The position numbers were made by a program, and so were the translations under genes. Below are positions 45,232 through 55,397 of a DNA stretch of 64,000 bases, piece after piece; within the stretch, counting starts at the first letter, position 1, and every line of letters begins with the position of its first letter. Below the pieces are notes generated by a model. It was not told the origin of the DNA. It searched no databases and saw nothing but the letters and a program-made list of their open reading frames with translations. This DNA comes from a virus. Lineage: Duplodnaviria > Heunggongvirae > Uroviricota > Caudoviricetes. The DNA is taken from IMG/VR virus record IMGVR_UViG_3300010357_001332. One strand, given 5' to 3'.

Positions 45232-45873
45232 CTACTCCTCCTTAGTACAAAACCATAATTTTCTCTGACCAGATTCCCAAGTACCTGTATTTCTAATAAT
45301 CCAATCATATTTATGCGGGCCAGAGTTGCAAGAAGAATCTTCGAGTCTTTCAAATTTAAACTTATGTTCTATTAGAATAGCCTCTATCATACCGACAGAA
45401 ATTCTACAACCTACGTCATGCAGTGATTGATCATAATCTTCTTTTACATCCTTCCAGTATATGATTTTAGAAGGATCGTAACTATCCACTACTTCTGTTT
45501 CTAGAATCATATATTTACAAAACTTACAAGAAGTGTGTAAAAGATAAATAGGATCTTTTAAATGGTATAACAACCCCATATTTATAATAATGTCTACTGG
45601 TTCTATTTCAAATTTTTCGATGTCTAAATCTTTTTGTAGTGCAGTAATATTTTGATAAGTAGATTGTATATACTCAAGATTATCTTTTCTACCTTCTATA
45701 CATGTTACAGCTGAACCTAAGGTAGAAAAATGATATCCAATATCACCAAATCCTGCACCTAATTCTACTAATGTTTTACCTTGGAAAAATTCTTTAGTAA
45801 AATATTTCTCAATAGTAGCTATTCTTTTAGAACGCCATTCTGTATAATGGTCGTCAAATCTGTTTCTGTCCAT
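45232..45873 (-). CDS. class I SAM methyltransferase
   Basis: ELGAG.G, IEGR, GLLYHL..P. Confidence 0.82.
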   Translation of the reverse strand: MDRNRFDDHYTEWRSKRIATIEKYFTKEFFQGKTLVELGAGFGDIGYHFSTLGSAVTCIEGRKDNLEYIQSTYQNITALQKDLDIEKFEIEPVDIIINMGLLYHLKDPIYLLHTSCKFCKYMILETEVVDSYDPSKIIYWKDVKEDYDQSLHDVGCRISVGMIEAILIEHKFKFERLEDSSCNSGPHKYDWIIRNTGTWESGQRKLWFCTKEE

Positions 45874-46567
45874 AAATCCATATCCAACAAGGATGATGAT
45901 CATCTACTGTGTTACTTAATTCTGTAGTAACATCTTTAAAACCTATATCTAAAAAATCTAGAATAACTTCTTGTCTTGTATCCACTCTACAATCTAGTCT
46001 CCCATTAGTAGTAGTAGCTTCATAAAAATTTTCTGTATAACCAAAGGTAGGTGTTCCATTCATAGATGGGCCAAAAGCAAGTTGAATTGCTATTCTTCCA
46101 CCAGGTTTTAAACTTTCTAGCATATTTTCTAGTATTTTTCTTCTAATAGAATAGCAAGGAATATGTTGTAAGCAAATGACAGAATAACAAAAATCATATT
46201 TATCTTCTAAAGGAACTTGTGTCCCATCTGTTACTTTTAAAATTCCATTATATGAAGATCCTATATATTGTTTTGCATTATCCAGATTCTTTTGTGAAAT
46301 ATCAACGCCATCTACCCGCTTAAATAAATTAAAAATTCTTCTAATCTGTCTTCCTGGTCCACATCCATATTCGTAGCAGATATGCTCTTTAGAAGGTATA
46401 TAATATTTAAATAGCCATTGTTCATATGGAAATTTTTCTTGATTTGGAAAATTTCCTACGATATGATCTTCTAAGCATTTTCCATCTGTATAATAACTTG
46501 CTCTAGCATTAGTTTCATACCAGTTTTTTTGCATTTGTGTATACTTAAATTCTTCAGATGTTTGCAT
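45854..46567 (-). CDS. class I SAM methyltransferase
   Basis: EYGCGPGR, GVDIS, LQHI, LKPGG. Confidence 0.85.
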   Translation of the reverse strand: MQTSEEFKYTQMQKNWYETNARASYYTDGKCLEDHIVGNFPNQEKFPYEQWLFKYYIPSKEHICYEYGCGPGRQIRRIFNLFKRVDGVDISQKNLDNAKQYIGSSYNGILKVTDGTQVPLEDKYDFCYSVICLQHIPCYSIRRKILENMLESLKPGGRIAIQLAFGPSMNGTPTFGYTENFYEATTTNGRLDCRVDTRQEVILDFLDIGFKDVTTELSNTVDDHHPCWIWIYGQKQI

Positions 46568-47180
46568 TCTTAACCTTCCGTTCAATGTTTTCTATTGTAA
46601 CATACTTTGGATTCTTAACTTCTAAAACATGCGCACCAGATTTAATAGCCGCAGTTATTCCTTTTTCAGAATCTTCTATTATCAAGCATTCTTGCGTATT
46701 TAATTTTATTTTTTCTATAGCCAGACAATAACAATAAGGATCTGGTTTAGGTTTTATACCAAAATCTTCATTCCCCAGAAAAAACTCCATAAATTCCAAC
46801 TGACCTGTTTGCCTTAAAGCTAATTCTATGGTGTTTCTAATAGAGTTAGAAACACAAATTAATTTATAGTTTTTACTTCTTAGATATGTATGTAATTCTA
46901 TTTTTTGTGTATCTAAGGATAAACAAGATTTAATTGCATTTATGGTATTATCTTGTTTTAATTTCCATACTTTTTCCTTATCTTTTGGATCTAGAATTCC
47001 CCTATTAACAAGCATTTGTAGTTTAACATTTGAAGGAATACCATTATAATATCTCCAAAATTCATATTCCGAAATAGTATACCCACAAATTTCTAGTAAT
47101 GCAGAATCCAATGCGTGTCTATGTACTTGTACTAGATCACATAAGACTCCATCTAAATCAAATATTATACATTTAATCAT
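46554..47180 (-). CDS. HAD-family phosphatase
   Basis: FDLDGVL, SNS, KP.P, IEDS..G. Confidence 0.9.
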   Translation of the reverse strand: MIKCIIFDLDGVLCDLVQVHRHALDSALLEICGYTISEYEFWRYYNGIPSNVKLQMLVNRGILDPKDKEKVWKLKQDNTINAIKSCLSLDTQKIELHTYLRSKNYKLICVSNSIRNTIELALRQTGQLEFMEFFLGNEDFGIKPKPDPYCYCLAIEKIKLNTQECLIIEDSEKGITAAIKSGAHVLEVKNPKYVTIENIERKVKNANI

Positions 47181-47836
47181 TTAGTTTGGTATTTAATACC
47201 ATCAGAAAAACCATATGCTGTTTTAGACAAAACCAATACTTGATCTTTAAAAGAACCGTGTTTACAAAATTCATCACCTAAACATTGTTCTGTAGTATAT
47301 TTATTAGTTATTTGCGTATTTGAAAATACTTTAGTTTTATATGCAAAATTTCCTTCTACAATAAAAAATTGCGGCATAAAATCTGAAATTCCATCAAATT
47401 GATACCTTCCACCGCAAATGACCGGTGGGTTAGAAGTTGAGCTATGAAAATCTTGTCCTATAGCTTGTGATACAGCTAATACTTTTTTATTATCTAACAT
47501 TTGTCTGTAAATTCTATCTAATCCTTTAATATCGCTAATCAATGTATCTCCAGTTATAGCGACTATATAAGGAGCACTAAAATAAGTACTATATAATTTA
47601 GAAAAAGCTAAATTATAATTTCTCGTTACTGCTACAGCAGGTAATTCATGAATAGGAACTGCCCCAGCTAAGTTAGGCAATACTTCATAGATATCGGCAC
47701 CTTCTATCTTCCGATCAGATTCTGATTGAATTACTATTATTTTAGATCCGAAGAATTGTTTTTTAATAGTATTAATATTAAACTGAACAGTATTAACTTC
47801 ATTATACATAGTTATACAAAAAACTACATTTGTCAT
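47177..47836 (-). CDS. GT-A-like hypothetical
   Basis: ITMYNE..TGDT; within glycan cluster. Confidence 0.5.
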   Translation of the reverse strand: MTNVVFCITMYNEVNTVQFNINTIKKQFFGSKIIVIQSESDRKIEGADIYEVLPNLAGAVPIHELPAVAVTRNYNLAFSKLYSTYFSAPYIVAITGDTLISDIKGLDRIYRQMLDNKKVLAVSQAIGQDFHSSTSNPPVICGGRYQFDGISDFMPQFFIVEGNFAYKTKVFSNTQITNKYTTEQCLGDEFCKHGSFKDQVLVLSKTAYGFSDGIKYQTK

Positions 47837-47845
47837 TACAATACC

Positions 47846-48910
47846 TTATAGATATAATTTAGTAAGAAGTTCTACATTATTTGTTACCCATCGAATAATT
47901 TGCTGATAACCTTCTTCTACACCAATTTTAGGTTCCCAACCAATTGCTTCTTTTATTTTTCTGATATCAGAAATATAAATAACATGATCAGCTTTCCTTG
48001 GTTCTTCTATAATAGAAATCTTCATTTTTCTGTTAAATTCTCTTTCTACTAAAGAAGTTGCTTCAATAAGTGATAGACTAATATCTTTTCCACCACCAAT
48101 ATTAAAAACCTGTCCTTTAACTTTATCTATACTATCAATTTCCATTTCAACTAACTTACAAATATCGTCAATGAAAAGAGCATCTCTTACTTGTTTTCCT
48201 TTCCATCCAATATACACTAATGGTAGATTAAACATAGCTGCAATAGCCCACCAGGCAACCCAACCTTGTGCACTTTTACCCCATTGTCGCGGTCCTGCCA
48301 AACAAGAAAATCTATTTACAACTGTTTTAACACCAAAGGCATCGAAATATTCTTGACAGGCAAGATCAGACATTACTTTACTCATTCCATAAATAGAATG
48401 TTGTCCACCATCGATGCTGAATTCATTCGAAAAACCATATCTAGAATCCCATCCTTTAGTAGAACTTTCTTGTAGGATCCATCTGTATCGTGTATCAGAT
48501 TCATACAATTCAAAAGAATTGATTTTATCTCCACTATATACTTTATTTGTTGACCAAAAGATGACAGCAGGTTTATTCTCTTGTTTTCTAGCAAATTCTA
48601 GAACATTAAATAATCCAAGGGTATTATTAGAAAAATCATAATATGGGTTATTATATCCATCAATAGCAGAAGGTTGTGCACTACATTCACAAATAGCGTC
48701 AAAAGTTCCAAGATTATCAAAATCTTCTTTACACCGGATATCACCGTGAACAAACTTTACGCCTTTGTTCTTGAAGTCATCTAAATTATATTCTGAACCT
48801 CTTCTTGCTAAATTATCAAAAGCAGTCACTTTATATCCTTTTTCCGCAAAGTAAAGAGATAAGTTAGCACCCACGAATCCACAGCCACCTAAAATTAGAA
48901 TTTTTTTCAT
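47846..48910 (-). CDS. NAD-dependent epimerase (CDP-paratose 2-epimerase/RfbE-like)
   Basis: GGCGFVG, DNL.RRG, STNKVY, YG.SK, QGWV, GKQVRD. Confidence 0.85.
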   Translation of the reverse strand: MKKILILGGCGFVGANLSLYFAEKGYKVTAFDNLARRGSEYNLDDFKNKGVKFVHGDIRCKEDFDNLGTFDAICECSAQPSAIDGYNNPYYDFSNNTLGLFNVLEFARKQENKPAVIFWSTNKVYSGDKINSFELYESDTRYRWILQESSTKGWDSRYGFSNEFSIDGGQHSIYGMSKVMSDLACQEYFDAFGVKTVVNRFSCLAGPRQWGKSAQGWVAWWAIAAMFNLPLVYIGWKGKQVRDALFIDDICKLVEMEIDSIDKVKGQVFNIGGGKDISLSLIEATSLVEREFNRKMKISIIEEPRKADHVIYISDIRKIKEAIGWEPKIGVEEGYQQIIRWVTNNVELLTKLYL

Positions 48911-48913
48911 TTA

Positions 48914-49885
48914 TTACTTCTCCAAAAGTTTTTCGTATTCTTGAACAATTCTATTTGCAATATTTTTATAAGACCAAGTAGTTTCCATAAAACTTCTAAC
49001 TTCTTTAGATCGATATTCTAATTGTTCTGGATTATTACAATAATATAATATCTGATTTTTAATCTCTTCTATATTATTTACACGATCAAAAGGAAAAATA
49101 TCAGTTTTATGAAATTCTTTAAAAGTTTCTTCAAAATTTCCATCTGCACTTACCATTGTAGGTATTCCTAACGCAAGATTTTCTACAGTAGTCATGCCGT
49201 GAAAACCTCTCCAAATTGCATCAAATCCTAAAGTACATGTTTTCTTGATTTCAATGATTCTTTTATTAGCTAAATCTCTATGAATATTTACCTTAATATT
49301 TTTATTTTGTGATTTCACTTGATTAATAGCTGCGAGTAATTCGTTAGTATTTTTATTATTAGGATCACCCGTAGGGAAATGACCTATTATTACTTCTTTT
49401 CTATTTATGTTAGTATATGAGTATTCATCAGAGTCACAATTTACTACATCTGGTATATACACACAGTCTTTATAAATTTGGAGAGCTTGTGGGATAGATG
49501 AAAAGATTGCATTATAACCTATCTCTTCTTTTTTATTCCAAATATCTTTTGCTTCTGCTCTTTCGCTCCATCTTCCCATAAAACTATTATAATCATGAAA
49601 AATCTTAACTTTATCTTTTACAAGATCATTCCAATCGAATCCAAAATTATGTGGGCTATTATACGTGTGTGTAGCTGAGCAAAAATGAAGAATATCTGCT
49701 TCTCGTATTAGTTGCATAAATTCTTCTTTATTATAATTCTCTGGTCCGAGATCTAATGTATTATAAAAAGTTTTTACTGCTCTGAAATGTCTGGCTTTCC
49801 AATTAGTATGTAGGTTAATAGCTTCAGCTTGTTTAAAAGAACATCCAGCTGCATCCCATGCCATGTTAATAAATAACGTTTTCAA
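48914..49885 (-). CDS. GT-B fold glycosyltransferase
   Basis: H.PT..K.T, G.TTVE.LALGIP. Confidence 0.7.
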   Translation of the reverse strand: MKTLFINMAWDAAGCSFKQAEAINLHTNWKARHFRAVKTFYNTLDLGPENYNKEEFMQLIREADILHFCSATHTYNSPHNFGFDWNDLVKDKVKIFHDYNSFMGRWSERAEAKDIWNKKEEIGYNAIFSSIPQALQIYKDCVYIPDVVNCDSDEYSYTNINRKEVIIGHFPTGDPNNKNTNELLAAINQVKSQNKNIKVNIHRDLANKRIIEIKKTCTLGFDAIWRGFHGMTTVENLALGIPTMVSADGNFEETFKEFHKTDIFPFDRVNNIEEIKNQILYYCNNPEQLEYRSKEVRSFMETTWSYKNIANRIVQEYEKLLEK

Positions 49886-50470
49886 TTAGATCTCCTTTTT
49901 TAATATTCCAATAAGTAGTTTATTACCACAACCCCAAGGATTATCATAGAAATCTCCAAGAATTGTGGTATCATTATCTTGAATCCATTTATATTCTTCA
50001 ATTCTTTTCATAAAGTATATTTCATCAAAAATAATTTCTTTCTTATCTATCTGTGCATCAAGAATCTTATTCCATCCCAAAGGTATTGTAATAACACACA
50101 TACCACTGTTTGCAAGTAAATTATCTTTTATATTTTCTATTGATCTTTTAATTTTAGAAGGATCTTTTATCTCCGGAGCTTCATAGCCTACATGTTCTAA
50201 TGTGGAGATACTTACAATTAAATCATATTTTATAGAAGTTAAATAGCTAACAATATCATGTTTAATGCAACGAGATGAGATATCATATTTATCGAGTACG
50301 TCATGCGTTATTGTATAATAGTTAGATAAAACATTACCAATTTCCAGTATTTTTTTATCTTTAAACTGTTGGACGTAGTCAAAGATAATAGGTAGTTCTA
50401 CTATTCTTTCTACTTTACTCTGAGTATGATATTGATATTGTTTATTATTAAAAATAAAACTATCATTCAT
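49886..50470 (-). CDS. methyltransferase-like protein
   Basis: ILEIGNV, YDLIVSISTLEHVG. Confidence 0.7.
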   Translation of the reverse strand: MNDSFIFNNKQYQYHTQSKVERIVELPIIFDYVQQFKDKKILEIGNVLSNYYTITHDVLDKYDISSRCIKHDIVSYLTSIKYDLIVSISTLEHVGYEAPEIKDPSKIKRSIENIKDNLLANSGMCVITIPLGWNKILDAQIDKKEIIFDEIYFMKRIEEYKWIQDNDTTILGDFYDNPWGCGNKLLIGILKKEI

Positions 50471-51426
50471 TACAAATCACCTTTTAATATTAATTGTTTT
50501 TCAAAATATGAAATAGTGCTGCTTAATCCTATTTCAAAAGATTTTGTTGGTGACCAATTTAATATATTTTGTGCTAAAGAGATATCTGGTTTTCTTCTAC
50601 AAGGATCATCTTTAGGTAATTCTTTAAAAATAATTTGAGATTTAGACCCGGTATATCTTATAATTTTTTCTGCTACTTGGAGTATTGTCATCTCATTTGG
50701 ATTTCCTAAATTTACTGGTCCTGGAAATTCTGGGTATTGCATAAGTTTATATAATCCTTCAACAAGATCACTGATATAGCAAAAAGATCGTGTTTGACTT
50801 CCATCTCCGTAAACTTCTAAAGGAGTGCCTTTTAATGCATTAACTATAAAATTACTAATTACTCTACCATCTTCTAAGTTGAAACGAGGTCCATATGTGT
50901 TAAATATTCTAGCTATTCTTATATCTACATTATTTTGTCTATGATAATCACAAAATAATGCTTCTGCACATCTTTTACCTTCATCGTAACATGCTCTGAG
51001 TCCGACTGGATTTACATTACCCCAATACTCTTCTTTTTGTGGATGTATTTCCGGATCACCGTATACTTCACTTGTTGATGCTTGAAGAATTCTTGCTTTT
51101 ACTCGCTTTGCGAGACCTAGCATATTAATAGAACCCATTACATTTGTTTTTATTGTTTTAACAGGATTATATTGATAATGAATCGGTGATGCAGGTGATG
51201 CTAAATTATATATTTCATTTACTTCCAAATAGATAGGTTCTGTTACATCATGTCTAATAATTTCAAATTTAGAGTGTTCAGAAAGTTTATATAAATTCTG
51301 CTTAGAACCTGTAAAAAAATTATCTAGACAAATCACATAATATCCTTGACTTATCAGATATTCACATAAATGAGAACCGATAAATCCTGCTCCTCCTGTT
51401 ACAAGTGCTGTCTTATCAGAATTCAT
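50470..51426 (-). CDS. uxs: UDP-glucuronate decarboxylase (UDP-xylose synthase)
   Basis: [41 protein letters not shown]. Confidence 0.93.
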   Translation of the reverse strand: MNSDKTALVTGGAGFIGSHLCEYLISQGYYVICLDNFFTGSKQNLYKLSEHSKFEIIRHDVTEPIYLEVNEIYNLASPASPIHYQYNPVKTIKTNVMGSINMLGLAKRVKARILQASTSEVYGDPEIHPQKEEYWGNVNPVGLRACYDEGKRCAEALFCDYHRQNNVDIRIARIFNTYGPRFNLEDGRVISNFIVNALKGTPLEVYGDGSQTRSFCYISDLVEGLYKLMQYPEFPGPVNLGNPNEMTILQVAEKIIRYTGSKSQIIFKELPKDDPCRRKPDISLAQNILNWSPTKSFEIGLSSTISYFEKQLILKGDL

Positions 51427-51427
51427 T

Positions 51428-52327
51428 TTAATATCCTTTTTCAATTATTTCACTAAAAATTTCTTTTAATTTATTATTAAAATTAATATAAGTAAGTTGT
51501 TCTACTTTTTGTCTTCTTTTAAGTACTTTATCTTCAATTGATACCAGAATATCAATTAATTTAGTTATATTACCTGCTGGAAACATATATTCTACATTGA
51601 ATTCTGGAATGAATCCTACATCTGAACTTATTATAGGGATTCCGCAAGCCATAGCTTCCTCTGGTGCTACTGGACCACCTTCCCATAACGAAGGTATAAG
51701 AAGAAAATCTATCTTTTCGTATAATTCACTTTGTTTTACATTTTTATACTCATCTGGTGTGTATCTATAAACTTCATTTCTTATACCAAGTTGATTCATT
51801 CTATTTGTAACTACTTCCCATCCTCTACCGCAAAAGATAAATTTAAAATTACTCAAGTTAAATCTATTTACAAGATCCAGCATGAAATATAATCCTTTTC
51901 CCACCACTTCGCCATTCTGAAAAATACCTATTTTAATAGTAGGTTTAAATTTATGTATTTCTATAGGAGAAGTGAGGTTGTAATTACGTTCTTGAGGAAA
52001 TCCAAGATTTAGAAACTGTTGAAGGCTTCTTTGCGATTGATGCACCCAAGCATTCATCAGTTTAAATCTATTAAAATCTGCACCACCCAAATCTTTGCTG
52101 TGCTCTTTTGGGTCATTTGCATGGATATGTGTTACATATGCAATATCTCTTTTAGTTTTTTGAGAAAAATTTAGAAATACATTATAGCAAATATAAAAAT
52201 TTATATCTACATCAAATCTCTGTCCATAAGATACTGAATAATTCATATCTGTTTGATTATATTCTAATATCTTATCAGACCAAAACTTCTTAATCCAATT
52301 ACCTTCAGTTACGATATGTACTTTCAT
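51428..52327 (-). CDS. GT4 glycosyltransferase
   Basis: PSLWEGGP...EAMACGIP. Confidence 0.85.
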   Translation of the reverse strand: MKVHIVTEGNWIKKFWSDKILEYNQTDMNYSVSYGQRFDVDINFYICYNVFLNFSQKTKRDIAYVTHIHANDPKEHSKDLGGADFNRFKLMNAWVHQSQRSLQQFLNLGFPQERNYNLTSPIEIHKFKPTIKIGIFQNGEVVGKGLYFMLDLVNRFNLSNFKFIFCGRGWEVVTNRMNQLGIRNEVYRYTPDEYKNVKQSELYEKIDFLLIPSLWEGGPVAPEEAMACGIPIISSDVGFIPEFNVEYMFPAGNITKLIDILVSIEDKVLKRRQKVEQLTYINFNNKLKEIFSEIIEKGY

Positions 52328-52329
52328 AA

Positions 52330-52899
52330 CTATCTTGTTTCCGTGGATTGTGAATTAAAATCATAATAGTAAAGTACTTTATCTATTCTAACTTCATTTT
52401 TAATCTCTTTACATGCACGAACAACCCAATTAACATCTTCTCCGTTATTAATATTAGGAAACATATGTCTTTTAGCAATAGAAGATCTCCATACCATGGT
52501 ATGTGCTGGTTTACCACGCCATTGATCACCTACTTCACTATAAGCAAAATCTTTACTATATTTTGAATAGGTTGTTTTTTCTGTAACATTGATTGTTGTA
52601 ATACAATCAAATACTATGCAATCTGCGGTTGGATTCGCATAAATAGTATCCATAATAGATTGAATATAATCTTCTGCTATTCTATCATCATCGTCGATAA
52701 ATGTTAAGAATTCACCTTGTGCTAAGTTAAGCAGTGCATTTCTTTTTAAACCTACAGATCTTTTTTTATTATCATAAAATCCAAGAATTTCAATATCATC
52801 TCTATTCTTGATTTGTTCCTGTAAACTATTGATTAATCTTGGATAAAATGTTGTTAATCTACTCGGAACTGTTGGAACTAAAATTGAAAACTTTATCAT
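52330..52899 (-). CDS. GT2 glycosyltransferase
   Basis: SILVPT, KRN.L, FIDDDD, GED. Confidence 0.85.
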   Translation of the reverse strand: MIKFSILVPTVPSRLTTFYPRLINSLQEQIKNRDDIEILGFYDNKKRSVGLKRNALLNLAQGEFLTFIDDDDRIAEDYIQSIMDTIYANPTADCIVFDCITTINVTEKTTYSKYSKDFAYSEVGDQWRGKPAHTMVWRSSIAKRHMFPNINNGEDVNWVVRACKEIKNEVRIDKVLYYYDFNSQSTETR

Positions 52900-52908
52900 T
52901 ATATTCTC

Positions 52909-53628
52909 CTAACCAAAGAGTTTCTGTGCTAATTGATGGCATTTTAAATCGTATTGTCTACCAATTTTTCCTTGATAGCCAAAATCTGTATGTGTATTTT
53001 GTTCTGGGTGTGTTCTATAAGAAGTTAATATCTCAGGAACTTTATAATATCTATATTTAGTAGAAAGTCTTATAGCAAAATCATAATCTTCTACACCTAA
53101 AACTTCTTCATTAAACATACCAACATCATCTATAACTTCTTTTGCTATAAGTAAGTTACTCCACATTCCAAAATAAGAGGCAATAAGAAATTTCTGCTGT
53201 TGGCGTAAATCAGGGAATACTGGATCTCTATGTATACTTAAAACTTTTTTATTTACATCTATTAACTCAAAATCACCATGAATTATCTTAGCTTCGGCAT
53301 TTCTGTTAATTAAAGTAGTTTGTAATTGAAGTTTGAGTTAATAGATGTAAATAAAAAAAGCTAATCCGGCCCACCAATTACCCTTCATAATTCTTATACC
53401 AGCATTTAAAGCTGCCGCTGTTTTTTTATTTTCTTGATCAATAACAATTACATTTTCTTTATTTCTAATAGAATCTAGAAATTTAAGTGTTTCTTCTCTA
53501 GTAGACCCATCATTTACAAAAATACTTTCAATAGGTTTATATGTTTGATTCCAAATGCTATCAAAACATTCTTGCAGATATTCAGCTTTAGTATTATATA
53601 CAGGAGTAACAACAGAAATATTAATCAT
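52909..53628 (-). pseudogene. GT2 glycosyltransferase with one in-frame TAA (53338-53340)
   Basis: ORFs 53338..53628 and 52909..53166 are in the same frame with an open frame between them; the DxD region is replaced by an inverted duplication. Confidence 0.85.
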
Positions 53629-54587
53629 TATACAAATTCCTTGTGTTTTAGAGGTTCCGTCATTTTTTCAAGTATTGTATTATATTCATTATAATAGCAT
53701 CTGGAACAAATTGAACCATTAAAATATCTTTGTTCTTCATAGATAAATTTTAGATCGCTTAATTTTCCCATAGACATTACCTTACTACATTCTAATGATG
53801 GTGGATCGTATGCATATTGAGCACCACAACACGGGTAAATGTTTCCATCTGCATTTATAACTGGTTTTAATAAACTAATCAAGCATTTTTTCGTCCCTTT
53901 TGTAAATTCTTTTCTTCCTTGATATATAACAAGCGAATCGTTTATATGTTCTTTTTGTAATAATTCTTTAATATTTTTCATACTTTGAGTACTATCTAAA
54001 TCGAGTAGATCAGATACAAGCCTTACATGTGTGAAATTATAATCATTAGCTGTTTTAATAATATTTATTAGTGTATCTTTATTGAGATTTGCAGTAACTA
54101 CGTAGCTAAATCCCCAATCTACATATTTACATTGTTCTATAATATTTAACAATACATTTCTATATGGAGGATTAAAAGTTCTATCATCACTGTGACTAAT
54201 CCTGCACCATGTCATGGAATCTAATAAATTTTTGTCCACATTACTTAAACTAATACCGTTAGTTGCCATACCTACAGAAATTTTATTGATAATTAAAAAT
54301 TCTAATATCTTATTAATTTGAGGATGAAGTGTAGGTTCACCACCACCAGATATTGTAACAGCTTTACACCCCAATGATATAGCATCTGACATAACTCTTT
54401 TAATATCTTCTAAAGATAAAGTTTCTTTTCTATTTCTATTTGCACAGCTACAAAAAGAACAATTTAGATTACAAACATTTGTTGGGTATAGTTGTACATG
54501 ATAGGGTATAATTTTATCCCCATGCATTATGGGATTCTGTAAAATTTTAGTAGGAAATGCGCTGGCGGATATAAACGAACTATTCAT
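53628..54587 (-). CDS. radical SAM / SPASM-like enzyme
   Basis: CNLNCSFC, GGGEP, TNG, C..DG.IYPCC..CSRC. Confidence 0.9.
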   Translation of the reverse strand: MNSSFISASAFPTKILQNPIMHGDKIIPYHVQLYPTNVCNLNCSFCSCANRNRKETLSLEDIKRVMSDAISLGCKAVTISGGGEPTLHPQINKILEFLIINKISVGMATNGISLSNVDKNLLDSMTWCRISHSDDRTFNPPYRNVLLNIIEQCKYVDWGFSYVVTANLNKDTLINIIKTANDYNFTHVRLVSDLLDLDSTQSMKNIKELLQKEHINDSLVIYQGRKEFTKGTKKCLISLLKPVINADGNIYPCCGAQYAYDPPSLECSKVMSMGKLSDLKFIYEEQRYFNGSICSRCYYNEYNTILEKMTEPLKHKEFV

Positions 54588-54589
54588 TA

Positions 54590-55393
54590 TTACTCACCCT
54601 TATAAATTCTATCTTTAAAATCTTCTATACGCATTGCAGAAGAAATATATCTAGTTTTAGGATCTTTATAATATACCATAACATTTTCATGATATATACG
54701 TCTATTTGTGGTATTACATATATCCTTCCATGCGCGATAATTTTGCTGCTTATTTTCTACTTCTGCTTCATATCCAAAATTTTCTGGTAAATGTATACCT
54801 AGATTATCTTTCATATATGCTAGAATAAAACCATCATAATATGCCCTAAAAGAAAAATCTGCATCTTCTTCCCCATATTTTTGATAATCTTCTCTCCAAT
54901 ACCCAAGTGTATCATGAGTTCGTTTAGGTATTAAAACACAAGCACCACCGATAGCGCCATTAACTTTTTGTTGAACTGTATAATTACCAAAAGTTTTTAA
55001 TGGAAAAGATTGTTGTTCAAATTTATATGCTAGAATACCTATTTGCGGAACATTATCTACAATTTCTACCATAGGTTGCAACCAATTAGGATTTTTAAAT
55101 GTAATATCATTATCAAATTTAATATAATAAGTATCATCTTCTAATTGCCAACCTAGATTAGCTGCTTTAGCAACACCTAGATTTTCTTCTAATAATACTA
55201 AATTTTGTATAATTCCTTCTTTCCATTTATTTTTTAGATACTCTGCAGTTTCATCTTTACTATTATTATCTACAACTGTAAGAATAAATGGGTATCCTAC
55301 TTTTCTACTTTCTACCAAAGAATCTAATGTTAATTTAGTGAAATCTATTCGATTGAAAGTTGTCATACAAATATGAACGGGTTTATTACTCAT
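54590..55393 (-). CDS. GT2 glycosyltransferase
   Basis: TFNR, VDNNS.D, FDND, YGEED. Confidence 0.88.
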   Translation of the reverse strand: MSNKPVHICMTTFNRIDFTKLTLDSLVESRKVGYPFILTVVDNNSKDETAEYLKNKWKEGIIQNLVLLEENLGVAKAANLGWQLEDDTYYIKFDNDITFKNPNWLQPMVEIVDNVPQIGILAYKFEQQSFPLKTFGNYTVQQKVNGAIGGACVLIPKRTHDTLGYWREDYQKYGEEDADFSFRAYYDGFILAYMKDNLGIHLPENFGYEAEVENKQQNYRAWKDICNTTNRRIYHENVMVYYKDPKTRYISSAMRIEDFKDRIYKGE

Positions 55394-55397
55394 ATAT

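Noticed and set aside
53245..53358. Invertible phase-variation switch
   Set aside because: The stop lies inside the repeat arm, so inverting the spacer cannot restore the gene; no invertase nearby
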